Assembly: GCA_045545475.1 (NCBI GenBank)
Contig: JAZQAZ010000030.1
Location: 6,058-70,057 of the forward strand
Reading direction: 5' to 3'
From: Clostridia bacterium
Lineage (GTDB): Bacteria; Bacillota; Clostridia; CAKSNL01; HGM11501
Length of the DNA stretch: 64,000 nucleotides
A program made the position numbers and the translations under genes. Under the pieces are notes generated by a model. The model was not told where the DNA came from, did no database searches, and was given only the letters and a program-made list of their open reading frames with translations. Of the stretch, positions 36,906-46,980 are shown piece by piece; positions within the stretch are counted from its first letter, which is position 1, and every line of letters starts with the position of its first letter.

Positions 36906-39003
36906 ATATTCTGAAAAGCAAATCACAGTATGTGGGATAGGGCCAGATATTTTCCGACACATTTGCCTCAATTTCATCTGCAACGCATCTTAATTCTTCC
37001 ATAGGCAGTACAACTTTTTCTCTGTAAGCTGTAGCCTTTTTTGAAATATCTCCATCCATACTTCTTACTTTTTCCACTGCATATTCCAGTAAAGCAACCT
37101 TTTCATACAGTTCGTCAGTCAAAGCCGAAAGTTTCTTTACAAGACCAATTTCCGTTTTGCAGGAAAGTCCCGCCACAAGTTTCCTCTTTTCGAGAGCCCC
37201 TTCTGAAAGCTTAGCTGTATATTTCGTAACCGCAGGAAGCACTTCCTTTCTTATCATATCAATCATGGTAAGAGCTTCAATATTTACGGTTTTGCAGTAA
37301 TTTTCAAGAATAATTTCACATCTAGAAGTAATTTCTCTTTCAGTGTAAATGTTGTGCTTTGTAAAAAGTGCAACATTTTTTTCATCTGTAAAATGAGGAA
37401 TTGCTTCCGGCGTTGAAGGATAGTTGCTGAGGCCCCTTTTCTTTGCTTCTTCCTTCCACTCTTTAGAATAATTATTGCCGTTAAATATTATTCTTCTGTG
37501 TTCTCTGTATGTACGGCGGATTATTCTTCTTACCGCTCTTCCGAAATCGTCATCCTCGCTATTTTCAAGTTCATCCGCAAACTGCTCCAGTTCCTCTGCC
37601 ACAATCGTATTGAGTATTGTGTTCGGGCCGGCAATGGAAAAAGATGAGCCCGGCATTCTGAATTCAAATTTATTACCCGTAAAAGCAAAGGGGCTCGTTC
37701 TGTTTCTGTCTGTTGTATCCTTCTGAAAGGTAGGAAGTACATGAACGCCAACTTCCATATTCTTTTTAGCTTCTTCGCCGTATTCGGCGTGCTTTTCGAT
37801 GGATTCAAGTATTCCCAAGAGCTGATCTCCAAGGAACATGGAAACTATGGCAGGAGGTGCTTCTGCCGCACCGAGACGGTGGTCGTTACCTGCACTTGCC
37901 ACGGTTATACGAAGAAGATCCTGATATTCGTCAACAGCCTTTATTACCGCACTTAAAATAAGTAAAAATCTAAGGTTAGTCTGCGGAAGCTTTCCAGGTT
38001 CAAGCAGGTTTATTCCGGTATCTGTGGATATTGACCAGTTATTATGCTTACCGCTTCCGTTTACGCCAAGAAAAGGCTTTTCGTGAAGAAGGCAAACCAG
38101 ATTGTGTTTCGCCGCAGTCTTCTTCATTACCTCCATGGTAAGCTGATTGTGATCCGTCGCAAGGTTAACATCGGAATAGATTGGTGCAAGCTCATGCTGT
38201 GCAGGTGCTGCTTCGTTGTGTTTTGTTTTGGCAAGCACACCAAGCTTCCAGAGCTCTTCATCAAGTTCCTTCATGAAGGATGCAACCCTCGGCTTTATTG
38301 CTCCGAAATAATGGTCATCCATTTCCTGCCCCTTGGGGGGCTTAGCTCCCAGTATTGTACGACCGGTATACATTAAATCCTTACGCTTTTCGTAAAGATC
38401 CTTATCTATAAGAAAATATTCCTGTTCGGGGCCTACAGTTACCCTTACGTTTTTCGCTGTATCATCTCCAAAGAGGCGAACAATTCTCATTGCCTGTTTG
38501 TTTATTTCTTCGACCGAACGAAGAAGTGGGGTTTTTTTATCAAGAGCCTCTCCGCCGTAGGAATAAAAGGCCGTAGGAATACAAAGAGTGTTATCCTTTA
38601 TAAACGCATAAGACGTGGGATCCCACGAGGTATATCCCCTTGCTTCAAAGGTTGCTCTAATTCCGCCGGAGGGAAAGCTAGATGCATCAGGCTCACCCTT
38701 TATAAGCTCCTTGCCTGAAAACTCCATGATAATTTCACCCGGGCCTGCAGGCGTTATAAAACTGTCGTGCTTTTCCGCAGTAACGCCGGTCATAGGCTGA
38801 AACCAGTGGGTGTAGTGAGTGGCCCCTTTTTCAATTGCCCAATCCTTCATGGCACTTGCCACAACGCTTGCAATATCCAAAGTAAGGCCTTCTCCGTCTT
38901 CGATGGACTTTTTAAGTTTTACATATGTCTCCTCCGGGAGCCTTTCTTTCATAACTCTGTCATTGAAAACCAGACTTCCGAAAATTTCAGGAATGTTCAT
39001 CAA
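36904..39003 (-). CDS. glnN: glutamine synthetase type III
   Basis: 699 aa; N-terminus MMNIPEIFGSLVFNDRVMKERLP and length characteristic of GSIII. Confidence 0.8.
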   Translation of the reverse strand: MMNIPEIFGSLVFNDRVMKERLPEETYVKLKKSIEDGEGLTLDIASVVASAMKDWAIEKGATHYTHWFQPMTGVTAEKHDSFITPAGPGEIIMEFSGKELIKGEPDASSFPSGGIRATFEARGYTSWDPTSYAFIKDNTLCIPTAFYSYGGEALDKKTPLLRSVEEINKQAMRIVRLFGDDTAKNVRVTVGPEQEYFLIDKDLYEKRKDLMYTGRTILGAKPPKGQEMDDHYFGAIKPRVASFMKELDEELWKLGVLAKTKHNEAAPAQHELAPIYSDVNLATDHNQLTMEVMKKTAAKHNLVCLLHEKPFLGVNGSGKHNNWSISTDTGINLLEPGKLPQTNLRFLLILSAVIKAVDEYQDLLRITVASAGNDHRLGAAEAPPAIVSMFLGDQLLGILESIEKHAEYGEEAKKNMEVGVHVLPTFQKDTTDRNRTSPFAFTGNKFEFRMPGSSFSIAGPNTILNTIVAEELEQFADELENSEDDDFGRAVRRIIRRTYREHRRIIFNGNNYSKEWKEEAKKRGLSNYPSTPEAIPHFTDEKNVALFTKHNIYTEREITSRCEIILENYCKTVNIEALTMIDMIRKEVLPAVTKYTAKLSEGALEKRKLVAGLSCKTEIGLVKKLSALTDELYEKVALLEYAVEKVRSMDGDISKKATAYREKVVLPMEELRCVADEIEANVSENIWPYPTYCDLLFRI

Positions 39004-39023
39004 ACCAATCCTTCCTATAGGTC

Positions 39024-39494
39024 TTATTCGTTTATATCGGGTTTGTTGCGTATCAACGCTTCCAGCTCGTCGATAAACGAGCTCACGTCCTGGAATCTTC
39101 TGTATACTGACGCAAAGCGTACATAGGCAATGTCATTAATGTCTTTTAGCTTTTCCATAACCATTTCACCAATCTGTCTTGATGTAATTTCCTTGGTCAT
39201 GGAATTGTAAATTTCAACCTCAATATCTTCAGCAATTTTCTCTGCTTCTTTTACCGATACCTCAGTTTTATCGCAGGCACGAAGGATTCCTGTAAGTATT
39301 TTCTCGCGGGAGAAAAGCTCTCTCTTTCCGCCATTTTTAACCACCATTACAGGAACGTGCTCAACCTTCTCATAGGTAGTAAAACGTCTGTCGCAGGAAA
39401 GGCACACTCTTCTTCGCCTTACCGTTGTATTTTCGTCTGTATCACGGGTGTCAAGAACTTTTGTTTCTTCATATCCGCAAAAAGGACAAATCAT
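39024..39494 (-). CDS. nrdR: transcriptional repressor NrdR
   Basis: MICPFCGYEETKVLDTRDTDENTTVRRRRVCLSC zinc ribbon + ATP-cone. Confidence 0.9.
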   Translation of the reverse strand: MICPFCGYEETKVLDTRDTDENTTVRRRRVCLSCDRRFTTYEKVEHVPVMVVKNGGKRELFSREKILTGILRACDKTEVSVKEAEKIAEDIEVEIYNSMTKEITSRQIGEMVMEKLKDINDIAYVRFASVYRRFQDVSSFIDELEALIRNKPDINE

Positions 39495-39513
39495 TTTTTC
39501 TTCCTCCGTTATT

Positions 39514-39948
39514 TTATTTCTCGAAACTTGAAATTATGTCTATTCTTCCCTGATGTCTTCCTCCCTGAAATTCTGCCGAAAGCCATGAATCAACAATATC
39601 AGCCGCAAGTTCTGTTCCTGTTACTCTGCCTCCTAGTGCAATTATATTTGCATTGTTATGCTCCTTTGTGAGTCTTGCAGAGAAGGAATCACGGACAAGT
39701 GCACATCTTATTCCGTCAAACTTGTTTGCCGCAATGGATATGCCGATTCCGGTTCCGCAGCAAAGAATTCCGCCTTCGGCCTCGCCTGACTGAACCGCTT
39801 TTGCTACCTTTTCAGCATAAACAGGATAATCAACGCTGTCTTCGGAATACGTTCCGAAGTCCTTAACCTCTATTCCTTTTTTTTCAAGATGCTTCTTCAA
39901 AAATTCCTTGAGCTGGTATCCGCCGTGGTCACAACCTAATGCTAACAT
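39514..39948 (-). CDS. rpiB: ribose-5-phosphate isomerase B
   Basis: LGCDHGGYQLK N-terminus, 144 aa. Confidence 0.85.
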   Translation of the reverse strand: MLALGCDHGGYQLKEFLKKHLEKKGIEVKDFGTYSEDSVDYPVYAEKVAKAVQSGEAEGGILCCGTGIGISIAANKFDGIRCALVRDSFSARLTKEHNNANIIALGGRVTGTELAADIVDSWLSAEFQGGRHQGRIDIISSFEK

Positions 39949-40643
39949 TAAAATCCATCCTTTCCGTTATTTCTTTCGTTATATTCTCTCTCTGCCTGAG
40001 AGAGTCTTAAGTAGCAGGGATTTAATTCATCGGGATTTACCCCTGCTTCATTTTGTGCAAGATAAGTAAGAGTTGATGCCTTTGCCGCACAAAGTTGGGG
40101 CGGTGCAAAAAATGCAAGATTGCCGAGTTTTTCGGTGAAAAACTCACGGAAGGGTTTTACCCCGTCACCTATGAAAATAACGCTTTCCTTTATCTCTTCT
40201 GCCAGTTCTTCCGCAGATATGGCACGGGGAGCTTTAATTTCCTTGAGTTTCCCGTCTTCCCATTTATACATTGCATTATATACCTGATTACGCCTTGCAT
40301 CCATTATCGGACAGATGATTTTATCCGCAAAAGGCAAATTTCCCGCAAGTGCTTTTAAGGTTGAAATGCCGCATACCTTTTTTCCGCATCCGTAAGCCAG
40401 GGTTTTTGCAACCGTAACACCTATCCTAAGTCCCGAAAATGAACCGGGGCCCTCTGTCACAGCAAAAAGGTCAATATCTGAAATGGTAAGTCCTGCCTTT
40501 TTAAGGGCACTTTCTGCCATGGGCAAAAGCGTTACGGAATGTGTAAGACCGTTTTGCGAAAATTCTTCCGCCTTAAGTACGCCGTCGGACATAACTGCGG
40601 CACTTGCCGCCACAGCCGAGGATTCTATTGCCAGTATATTCAA
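39948..40643 (-). CDS. tsaB: tRNA t6A biosynthesis protein TsaB (YeaZ)
   Basis: MNILAIESS...EGPGSFSGLRIG. Confidence 0.85.
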   Translation of the reverse strand: MNILAIESSAVAASAAVMSDGVLKAEEFSQNGLTHSVTLLPMAESALKKAGLTISDIDLFAVTEGPGSFSGLRIGVTVAKTLAYGCGKKVCGISTLKALAGNLPFADKIICPIMDARRNQVYNAMYKWEDGKLKEIKAPRAISAEELAEEIKESVIFIGDGVKPFREFFTEKLGNLAFFAPPQLCAAKASTLTYLAQNEAGVNPDELNPCYLRLSQAEREYNERNNGKDGF

Positions 40644-41065
40644 ACTTCCTTCACCTCAATTATACGGGTATTATCGTCTTCCCCATAGGTTATATGTATT
40701 TCAATCGCATCAGACGGCATCAGGTCAAGAAAGGCGTCGGGCCATTCAATAACTCTTACCGTATTATCAGAAAAATACTCCTCAAAGCCAATGTCAAAAA
40801 GTTCTTCTTCGCTTTCTATTCTGTATAGGTCAAAATGATATATCTTTTTATCTCCCGAATATTCATGAACTAAAGTAAACGTAGGACTTGATACTCGTGC
40901 GGATGCCCCGTATCCCCTTGCAAGGCCTCTTGTAAAAGCAGTTTTCCCTGCACCTAAATTACCGAAAAGCAAGAATGTAGGATTATTTTCATATTTCTTT
41001 GCCAGTTCACAGGCAAAGTTTTCCGTTTCTGTTTCGCTTTTTGAAATAAAATACATTTTCATCAT
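40640..41065 (-). CDS. tsaE: tRNA t6A biosynthesis ATPase TsaE (YjeE)
   Basis: P-loop GNLGAGKT, 141 aa, overlaps tsaB by 4 nt. Confidence 0.85.
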   Translation of the reverse strand: MMKMYFISKSETETENFACELAKKYENNPTFLLFGNLGAGKTAFTRGLARGYGASARVSSPTFTLVHEYSGDKKIYHFDLYRIESEEELFDIGFEEYFSDNTVRVIEWPDAFLDLMPSDAIEIHITYGEDDNTRIIEVKEV

Positions 41066-41165
41066 CCTAAAATTATAGCTAATTTATCATATTATATCAC
41101 AAGAAGTAAAGCTTTTCAATAGAAGATATGAAAAAAATCGCCTGCAGAGCAAGCGATTTTTTTCA

Positions 41166-41876
41166 CTAATTCATAAATTTTTCAAGCTTTTCCTTTGCCT
41201 TTTTTTCAATACGGGATACCTGCACCTGACTTATTCCCATAAAGTCGGCAATGGTGCTTTGCGTCATACTTCTGAAATAACGCATCAGTATAACGCTCCT
41301 TTCTTTTTTTGAAAGAGATGAAAGTCCCTCACTTATTGCCATTTTAAGAAGTGCTTCATCTTCGGGAGAGCCTTTGTCAGACAGCTTATCCAAAAGCATT
41401 TCCCCGCTTTCGGAGTCAGTTTCCTCATATATGCTTTTAACTCCGCTTGATGCTTCAAGAGCCAAAATAAGTCTGTCCTCTTCCACCGAAAGCCGTCTTG
41501 AAAGTTCCTTTATTGTAGGACTTTTTTCGTTTTCCGCCTCCATTTTTGCTTTTTCCGCCATTGCACGAGCCCCCAGTTCTTTAAGTCCCCGACTGACCTT
41601 TATGGGGCCGTCATCTCTCAAAAACTTTCTGATTTCTCCCATAATAAGCGGAACGGCATAAGTAGAAAAGCGAACATCATAGCTGTCGGAAAAACGGTCC
41701 ACCGCTTTAATAAGCCCCACAGCTCCTATCTGGCATAAATCTTCAAACTCGTAACCACGCCCGAGAAACCTGGAAGCTATGCTATGTACAAGACCCATGT
41801 TATCGCAAATAAGCTTATCCCTGGCCTCCGAATCTCCCTCGCTTTTAAGCCTTAATAGTCTTTCGTTTTCTGTCAT
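41166..41876 (-). CDS. sigF: sporulation sigma factor sigma-F
   Basis: Group-3 sigma regions 2-4; third gene of spoIIAA-spoIIAB-sigF operon with 4-nt overlap. Confidence 0.85.
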   Translation of the reverse strand: MTENERLLRLKSEGDSEARDKLICDNMGLVHSIASRFLGRGYEFEDLCQIGAVGLIKAVDRFSDSYDVRFSTYAVPLIMGEIRKFLRDDGPIKVSRGLKELGARAMAEKAKMEAENEKSPTIKELSRRLSVEEDRLILALEASSGVKSIYEETDSESGEMLLDKLSDKGSPEDEALLKMAISEGLSSLSKKERSVILMRYFRSMTQSTIADFMGISQVQVSRIEKKAKEKLEKFMN

Positions 41877-42295
41877 AGCTTTTTAATCATAACCACCTTC
41901 GTGCCTTCCATAGGCTTTGAGTAAACCTCCACTGAATCCATGAAATTTTCCATTACGGTAAAACCCATTCCGCTTCGTTCGTGTTCCGGTTTTGTGGTAA
42001 AAAGCGGCGTTCTCGCCATGGCAATATCCGATATTCCCCTGCCCTTGTCCTCCACCGTTACCGTAACGATTTTTTCTTTCCAGCCGCATGTCAATGTAAC
42101 ATATCCCGTTACTCCCTCATAGCCGTGAACTATAGCATTTGTCACTGCCTCCGATACTGCGGTTTTTATTTCCGCCACGGCGTCAATGGTGGGATCAAGC
42201 TGAGAAATAAAAGCAGAAACCGCCATTCTGGCAAACCCCTCGTTTGCCGATTTACTTAAAAAATCAATTCTCATAAAATTATCCAATTTCTTCAC
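41873..42295 (-). CDS. spoIIAB: anti-sigma F factor (GHKL kinase)
   Basis: AVSEAVTNAIVHGY ... GMGF GHKL motifs, 140 aa. Confidence 0.85.
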   Translation of the reverse strand: MKKLDNFMRIDFLSKSANEGFARMAVSAFISQLDPTIDAVAEIKTAVSEAVTNAIVHGYEGVTGYVTLTCGWKEKIVTVTVEDKGRGISDIAMARTPLFTTKPEHERSGMGFTVMENFMDSVEVYSKPMEGTKVVMIKKL

Positions 42296-42638
42296 CTCTT
42301 ATCTTAAGTATCGCATCCTCCACATTCTGATAAATGGGAATTATTCTGTCAACCGACGCCATGCGAAGAATTTTCTCCACGCAGGATTTTGCCCCTGCCA
42401 CCGATGCCGTACCGCCCAGAGCCGTAACATTTTTATATCGTCCGATAATTATTCCTATACCGGAGCTGTCCATAAAATCCAGCCTTGACAAATCGAAGAT
42501 AAGATTGTTTGCCCCGTCCATTATCTTTTTGTCAAGATTAATCCTTAAATTTACCGCACTGTGCTGATCCAATTCTCCAGCCAGATGAACTATCAGTGCA
42601 CCCTTGGTTTCCGTATAAGTGTCTTTCAAAAAAATCAT
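42279..42638 (-). CDS. spoIIAA: anti-sigma F factor antagonist (STAS)
   Basis: STAS domain with conserved DSSGIG serine-phosphorylation site. Confidence 0.8.
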   Translation of the reverse strand: MIFLKDTYTETKGALIVHLAGELDQHSAVNLRINLDKKIMDGANNLIFDLSRLDFMDSSGIGIIIGRYKNVTALGGTASVAGAKSCVEKILRMASVDRIIPIYQNVEDAILKIRGEEIG

Positions 42639-42729
42639 CCTTTCTTTTGTATTGCACCTACCAAATTCTTCCTTATCTTTCTATTCCCTTTGACATGCTT
42701 TGTCGAAAAATCAGAACCGTTTTACATAA

Positions 42730-42772
42730 AAACAAAAAAGACGGAAAGCTTTACGCTTTCCGCCTTTTTTCA
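42730..42772. terminator. terminator after GH38 gene
   Basis: CGGAAAGC-TTTA-GCTTTCCG stem flanked by A/T runs. Confidence 0.6.
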
Positions 42773-42777
42773 CCAAT

Positions 42778-45700
42778 TTATCTCTTTATTTTCAATGTGA
42801 CGATTTCAAAGTTTGAAACGGGAACTTTAACGCTTCTTCCGGATATTTCAAGCTTTGTTTCTTCATTTTCCATAAGGTCTGTTATATATACTTCCTTTAC
42901 GTCAAAACCGAAGGTAATATTAGCCTTTGTTTCCATGTTGTAAGCATCATAAAGTCTTACGATTAAATCGTCCGAGTCTTCTGCCTTCTTTACGGTTTCA
43001 ATAATTACATTCTTTTTATCAGAGGAAACGAGGGAATATTCATCTCCCATTTCGCCCGCATGAGCTTTCGTTTCAACAAAGAGAAGAGGATTATTAAGCT
43101 TATATGCCTCCTCGATTGTTCCGCCCTCACGGAATGAACCTTCGTGAGGATAGATTGAATAGGTAAACTTATGCTCGCCGATGTCTGCCTTGGGATCAGG
43201 GAAAGTCGGAGCTTTAAGAAGCGTAAGACCGATATCGCTTCCCTCTGCGTAGTATCCGTACTTACAGTCGTTAAGTAAGCTTACTCCATAGCCTGCATCG
43301 GAAACATCCACCCACTTATGACCCATAACCTCGAATTTTGAATAATCCCAGGATGTATTAGAGTGAGTCGCTCTTTCCACGTGACCGAACTGAATTTCAT
43401 AGGTTGCCTTGTCTGCCTTTACGTTCATGGGGAAGTAAACTCTTAAGAGATTGTGGTCCTCATTCCAGGAAACTTCGGTTTCAAAATCAACCCTTGCAAC
43501 ATCATCGTAAAGAACGATTTTCTGTCTGATTTCACTCTTTTCAAGGGTACGCTTTACGATAAAGCCTGCACTCACTTCGTCACAGAAGGGTTCAATTTCT
43601 GCAGGAACGGTGATTTCATACTTCTTGTAAAGAGATTGCTTGTCAATATTCCACGCATCGTGAATGGGAGATCTGTCCTCATGATAGCAGAACACATTGC
43701 CCTTTTCACCGGAACGGAAAATTTCCTTATCCGCTCTCTTATCATAAAGACTTTCAATGTTACCGCAATCATCCAGCTTAAGAACGAAGTAGCGGTTTTC
43801 CGCAGTTTTGCCGGATACCATAACTTCCGTCTTCTTAGCTTCGGGAACTAATGCCTTAAATCCGAATGCGGGAATATTTTTAACGTGGCATTTTTCGCCG
43901 TTGTATGTAACAAAGCCGTCCGATTCAAATCCGTTGGGGTTGTATACAACAAGTCCGTCCTTTGTTTCCATTTTATCAGCTATAGCGGAAAGCTTTGCCT
44001 TTTCGATTTCGCTTCCGCAGGATAAAATCTCTTCGTACATCTTATCCGTATCGTCGTAAACCTCTCTTATGGAGCTTCCGGGAATTACATCGTGGAACTG
44101 ATTTAAGAGCACTCCCTCCCAGAATTCGTCAATTTTCTCCTTAGGATAGCTTCCGCCCATAATCATATCAAGAGAAGACAACGCTTCAAGTCTCTGAAGC
44201 AGAAATTCGCTTCTTCTGTTGTAGAGCTTGTTCTTCGCCTGAGTTGTATATGTACCTCTGTGGTTTTCAAGATAAAGCTCACCCACCCACCTGGGAACTT
44301 CGGGAAGAGCTTTGGTGCTTTCGATAAAGTTTTTCTTTACTGTTTCTATAAACTCCGTAGGATTTTGCATTTCGGTCTTGGGAATTCCGGGGATTCCCTT
44401 TTCAATTCTTCTGCTCTGCTCCAGCATTTCACGGGTGGGGCCGCCACCGCCGTCACCGTAACCGAAGGTAATCATAACGGTATCGTTCAAGTCCTTCTGC
44501 TGATAACGCTCCCAGGTGCCTAAAACCATGGAAGGAGTCACTCTTCCCACATAGGTGGTGTAAAACTGAGAGGAGCCGTGATCCTGTGCGGTTATGAAAT
44601 AGGTGAACATTTCGCTGCCGTCAATACCCTTCCACCAGAAGGTATCAAAGGGCATTTTATTGTCCTCGTTCCAGCTTATTTTCGAGGTTACAAAGCTTGT
44701 AACACCGGCCTTTTTAAGAATCTGAGGCATCGCTGCGCTGTAGCCGAATACGTCGGGAAGCCAGAGGATTTTATGGTCAACGCCGAATTCATCCTTAAAG
44801 AATTTCTTGCCCGTTGTAACCTGGCGTATCATACTTTCGCCGCCTATTAAGTTACAGTCAGCTTCAACCCACATTGCACCTTCGCTTTCCCAGCGACCTT
44901 CTTTAATTGCCTGTTTAACACGCTCGTAGGTATGAGGGTCTTCTTCCTTAAGATATTTATAAAGCTGAGCCTGGCTTGACATAAACTTGAATTCGGGATA
45001 CTGATTCATCAGCGAAAGAACGTTTGCAAAGCTTCGCTGTGTTTTTTCTCTGGTCTGTGCATAGGTCCACTGCCACGCAACGTCGATATGGGTGTGACCG
45101 ATTAACGCAACCTTTTCACAAAGCGTGTTGTCATCACCGCAAGCCTTTCCGTAAAACTCTGTCTCCAAAAATTCGTCTGCTTTTCTTATGCTGTCGTAAA
45201 ACTCTTCGCTTCCGATATTACGCATATCGATCATGAGACACGCCTCTTCAAGATATTTCATGATGAGCATACTTCTGTCGCTGTCTTCTAAAAAACACTC
45301 TGACGCATCATAAGGCACGCTTAAGTCATAATAAAGCTTTTCAATTAAAGTATCAAGATACTGAACTCCCGCATTGAAATCATAAGCCGGGCAGTCATTC
45401 ATTCCTGTGTAGAAATAAATGTAAGCATCGTATTCCTTGGAAAATTCCAGAGGATATTCGGTGTGGTTAATATCAAGGCCGGACACAAGATGTCCGTCAA
45501 GGTATAACATACCCTGGGGATTTAACGCATCCCAGGTGCCGATATTTGATGTTCTTACTCTTAAATAAGGCTTGTGATGAGGATATTTCTCCGCATCTTC
45601 CGTCTTAAATTTAAAGTGTACCCATGAATGGTTGTCCTTCCCTCCGGGAATTTTTCCCGAAAGCGGAACAAAGCGTTCATCTCCGTAAGGAATGTCCGAA

Positions 45701-45822
45701 TTCTTTTTATATTCGCAAGGGAAATATTCAATATCACTGACATAATTAACAATTCCCTGCATCCATGTTTTTACAAGCTTTATGGTTTGATAAACATTAA
45801 TTTTATACTTGTTAAACAACAT
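42778..45822 (-). CDS. glycoside hydrolase family 38 alpha-mannosidase
   Basis: 1014 aa; GH38 catalytic region (GHTHIDVAWQWTY...). Confidence 0.8.
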   Translation of the reverse strand: MLFNKYKINVYQTIKLVKTWMQGIVNYVSDIEYFPCEYKKNSDIPYGDERFVPLSGKIPGGKDNHSWVHFKFKTEDAEKYPHHKPYLRVRTSNIGTWDALNPQGMLYLDGHLVSGLDINHTEYPLEFSKEYDAYIYFYTGMNDCPAYDFNAGVQYLDTLIEKLYYDLSVPYDASECFLEDSDRSMLIMKYLEEACLMIDMRNIGSEEFYDSIRKADEFLETEFYGKACGDDNTLCEKVALIGHTHIDVAWQWTYAQTREKTQRSFANVLSLMNQYPEFKFMSSQAQLYKYLKEEDPHTYERVKQAIKEGRWESEGAMWVEADCNLIGGESMIRQVTTGKKFFKDEFGVDHKILWLPDVFGYSAAMPQILKKAGVTSFVTSKISWNEDNKMPFDTFWWKGIDGSEMFTYFITAQDHGSSQFYTTYVGRVTPSMVLGTWERYQQKDLNDTVMITFGYGDGGGGPTREMLEQSRRIEKGIPGIPKTEMQNPTEFIETVKKNFIESTKALPEVPRWVGELYLENHRGTYTTQAKNKLYNRRSEFLLQRLEALSSLDMIMGGSYPKEKIDEFWEGVLLNQFHDVIPGSSIREVYDDTDKMYEEILSCGSEIEKAKLSAIADKMETKDGLVVYNPNGFESDGFVTYNGEKCHVKNIPAFGFKALVPEAKKTEVMVSGKTAENRYFVLKLDDCGNIESLYDKRADKEIFRSGEKGNVFCYHEDRSPIHDAWNIDKQSLYKKYEITVPAEIEPFCDEVSAGFIVKRTLEKSEIRQKIVLYDDVARVDFETEVSWNEDHNLLRVYFPMNVKADKATYEIQFGHVERATHSNTSWDYSKFEVMGHKWVDVSDAGYGVSLLNDCKYGYYAEGSDIGLTLLKAPTFPDPKADIGEHKFTYSIYPHEGSFREGGTIEEAYKLNNPLLFVETKAHAGEMGDEYSLVSSDKKNVIIETVKKAEDSDDLIVRLYDAYNMETKANITFGFDVKEVYITDLMENEETKLEISGRSVKVPVSNFEIVTLKIKR

Positions 45823-45855
45823 ATAATCACCTCTTTTTTAGTATACTAAAAAAAA

Positions 45856-45885
45856 ATATATAAGTCAATATATTGACTTATATAT
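45856..45885. promoter_or_regulatory. 30-bp perfect palindrome ATATATAAGTCAATA|TATTGACTTATATAT in divergent intergenic region
   Basis: Read directly; second perfect palindrome TTAACATGTTAA at 45917-45928. Confidence 0.6.
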
Positions 45886-45957
45886 TTATGTGTGATATTA
45901 TAATAATAAAGATTAGTTAACATGTTAATTAATTTATATCGATAAGGAGGTCTTTTT

Positions 45958-46230
45958 ATGTGGAAATGCCCTAATTGCGGTCAGAAAAACAGAATTGATA
46001 CCTGCACAAAATGCGGTACGGAAAAAGCAGCAGAGTCGAAAGGCTCAATTTCTTCATTAAATTTCATTCTTATGGCAATTTTATCCCTTGCCATCATCAT
46101 CGGCATTTTCTTTGCCGCAGACAGCCTGATAGATTTCAAGAAAAGACAGCAGTCTTATAACGCTCAGCAGGAAGAAGAAGAATATACCGAGCCTGATGTA
46201 GCTCCCATAATTGAACAGACAGCAGAATAA
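45958..46230 (+). CDS. zinc-ribbon membrane protein (hypothetical)
   Basis: CPNCGQKN...CTKCG ribbon, TM helix, acidic tail; SD AAGGAGG. Confidence 0.5.
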   Translation: MWKCPNCGQKNRIDTCTKCGTEKAAESKGSISSLNFILMAILSLAIIIGIFFAADSLIDFKKRQQSYNAQQEEEEYTEPDVAPIIEQTAE

Positions 46231-46316
46231 AAGCAGAAAAGTTTTAAAAGAGACACATGTATGTCCTCCTTGCAATGTATAATGGCCTTAAACCAATACA
46301 TTGAAGGAGGATTTTT

Positions 46317-46898
46317 ATGATTTATGACTGGAAAACAAACAAAGAGGAAGCCATTGAAAACGGTATTTGTGAAAAGGAATTTTTCGGAATAACCTGCGTA
46401 ATACCGGATCCCGATACAGGAGTAGTAAACGGCCACACTTTCAAGAATTTTCCAAAGCTGGAATTTGCACCCGGCACACTTGTAACCGATTGTACGTTTG
46501 AATCCTGCCAAGACCTCACTTTTGATGAGTGCAGAATAAACAACTGTATATTTAATAATACAGAATTCCTTTTTTGCAGAGACAGCAACTTCACCAACTG
46601 CCGTTTCAGCGATTCTTCCTGTGCAGACGATGTACTTATAAGCATCGAAGACTGTAAAATAAGCCATTGCGGTTTCTCCGACATCCGTCTTGAGAATGAC
46701 GTTTATATGATTGACGGCGTCGGTGACTGCCACATATCGCACTGCGACTTCTCCAACATCTTAACAACTCGTGAAGACAGAGAAATTATTATCTCGGAAG
46801 AAACCAAAGGTACAATTTTCAAAAGAAAGGTCAGATACTTTATAACAGACGAAGACACTTGCAAGGGGCTTGACGAAGTTAAATTAATTCATCCCTGA
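46317..46898 (+). CDS. Cys-rich periodic-repeat protein (hypothetical)
   Basis: 193 aa with Cys/Phe recurring about every 5 residues (TDCTFESCQDLTFDECRINNCIFNNTEFLFCRDSNFTNCRFSDSSC...) ; SD GAAGGAGG. Confidence 0.45.
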   Translation: MIYDWKTNKEEAIENGICEKEFFGITCVIPDPDTGVVNGHTFKNFPKLEFAPGTLVTDCTFESCQDLTFDECRINNCIFNNTEFLFCRDSNFTNCRFSDSSCADDVLISIEDCKISHCGFSDIRLENDVYMIDGVGDCHISHCDFSNILTTREDREIIISEETKGTIFKRKVRYFITDEDTCKGLDEVKLIHP

Positions 46899-46941
46899 GT
46901 CTCCTGACATTTCTCTTTTATCCCTTTAGTGCTGTAAGCAC

Positions 46942-46980
46942 AAAAAAATGCTGTGCGGCATTGCGGCACAGCATTTTATT
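46942..46980. terminator. bidirectional terminator (10-bp stem AATGCTGTGC/GCACAGCATT)
   Basis: Flanked by AAAAAAA and TTTATTTTT. Confidence 0.7.

Noticed and set aside
43453-43851. 132-aa plus-strand ORF inside GH38 gene
   Set aside because: Antisense to the GH38 alpha-mannosidase coding sequence.
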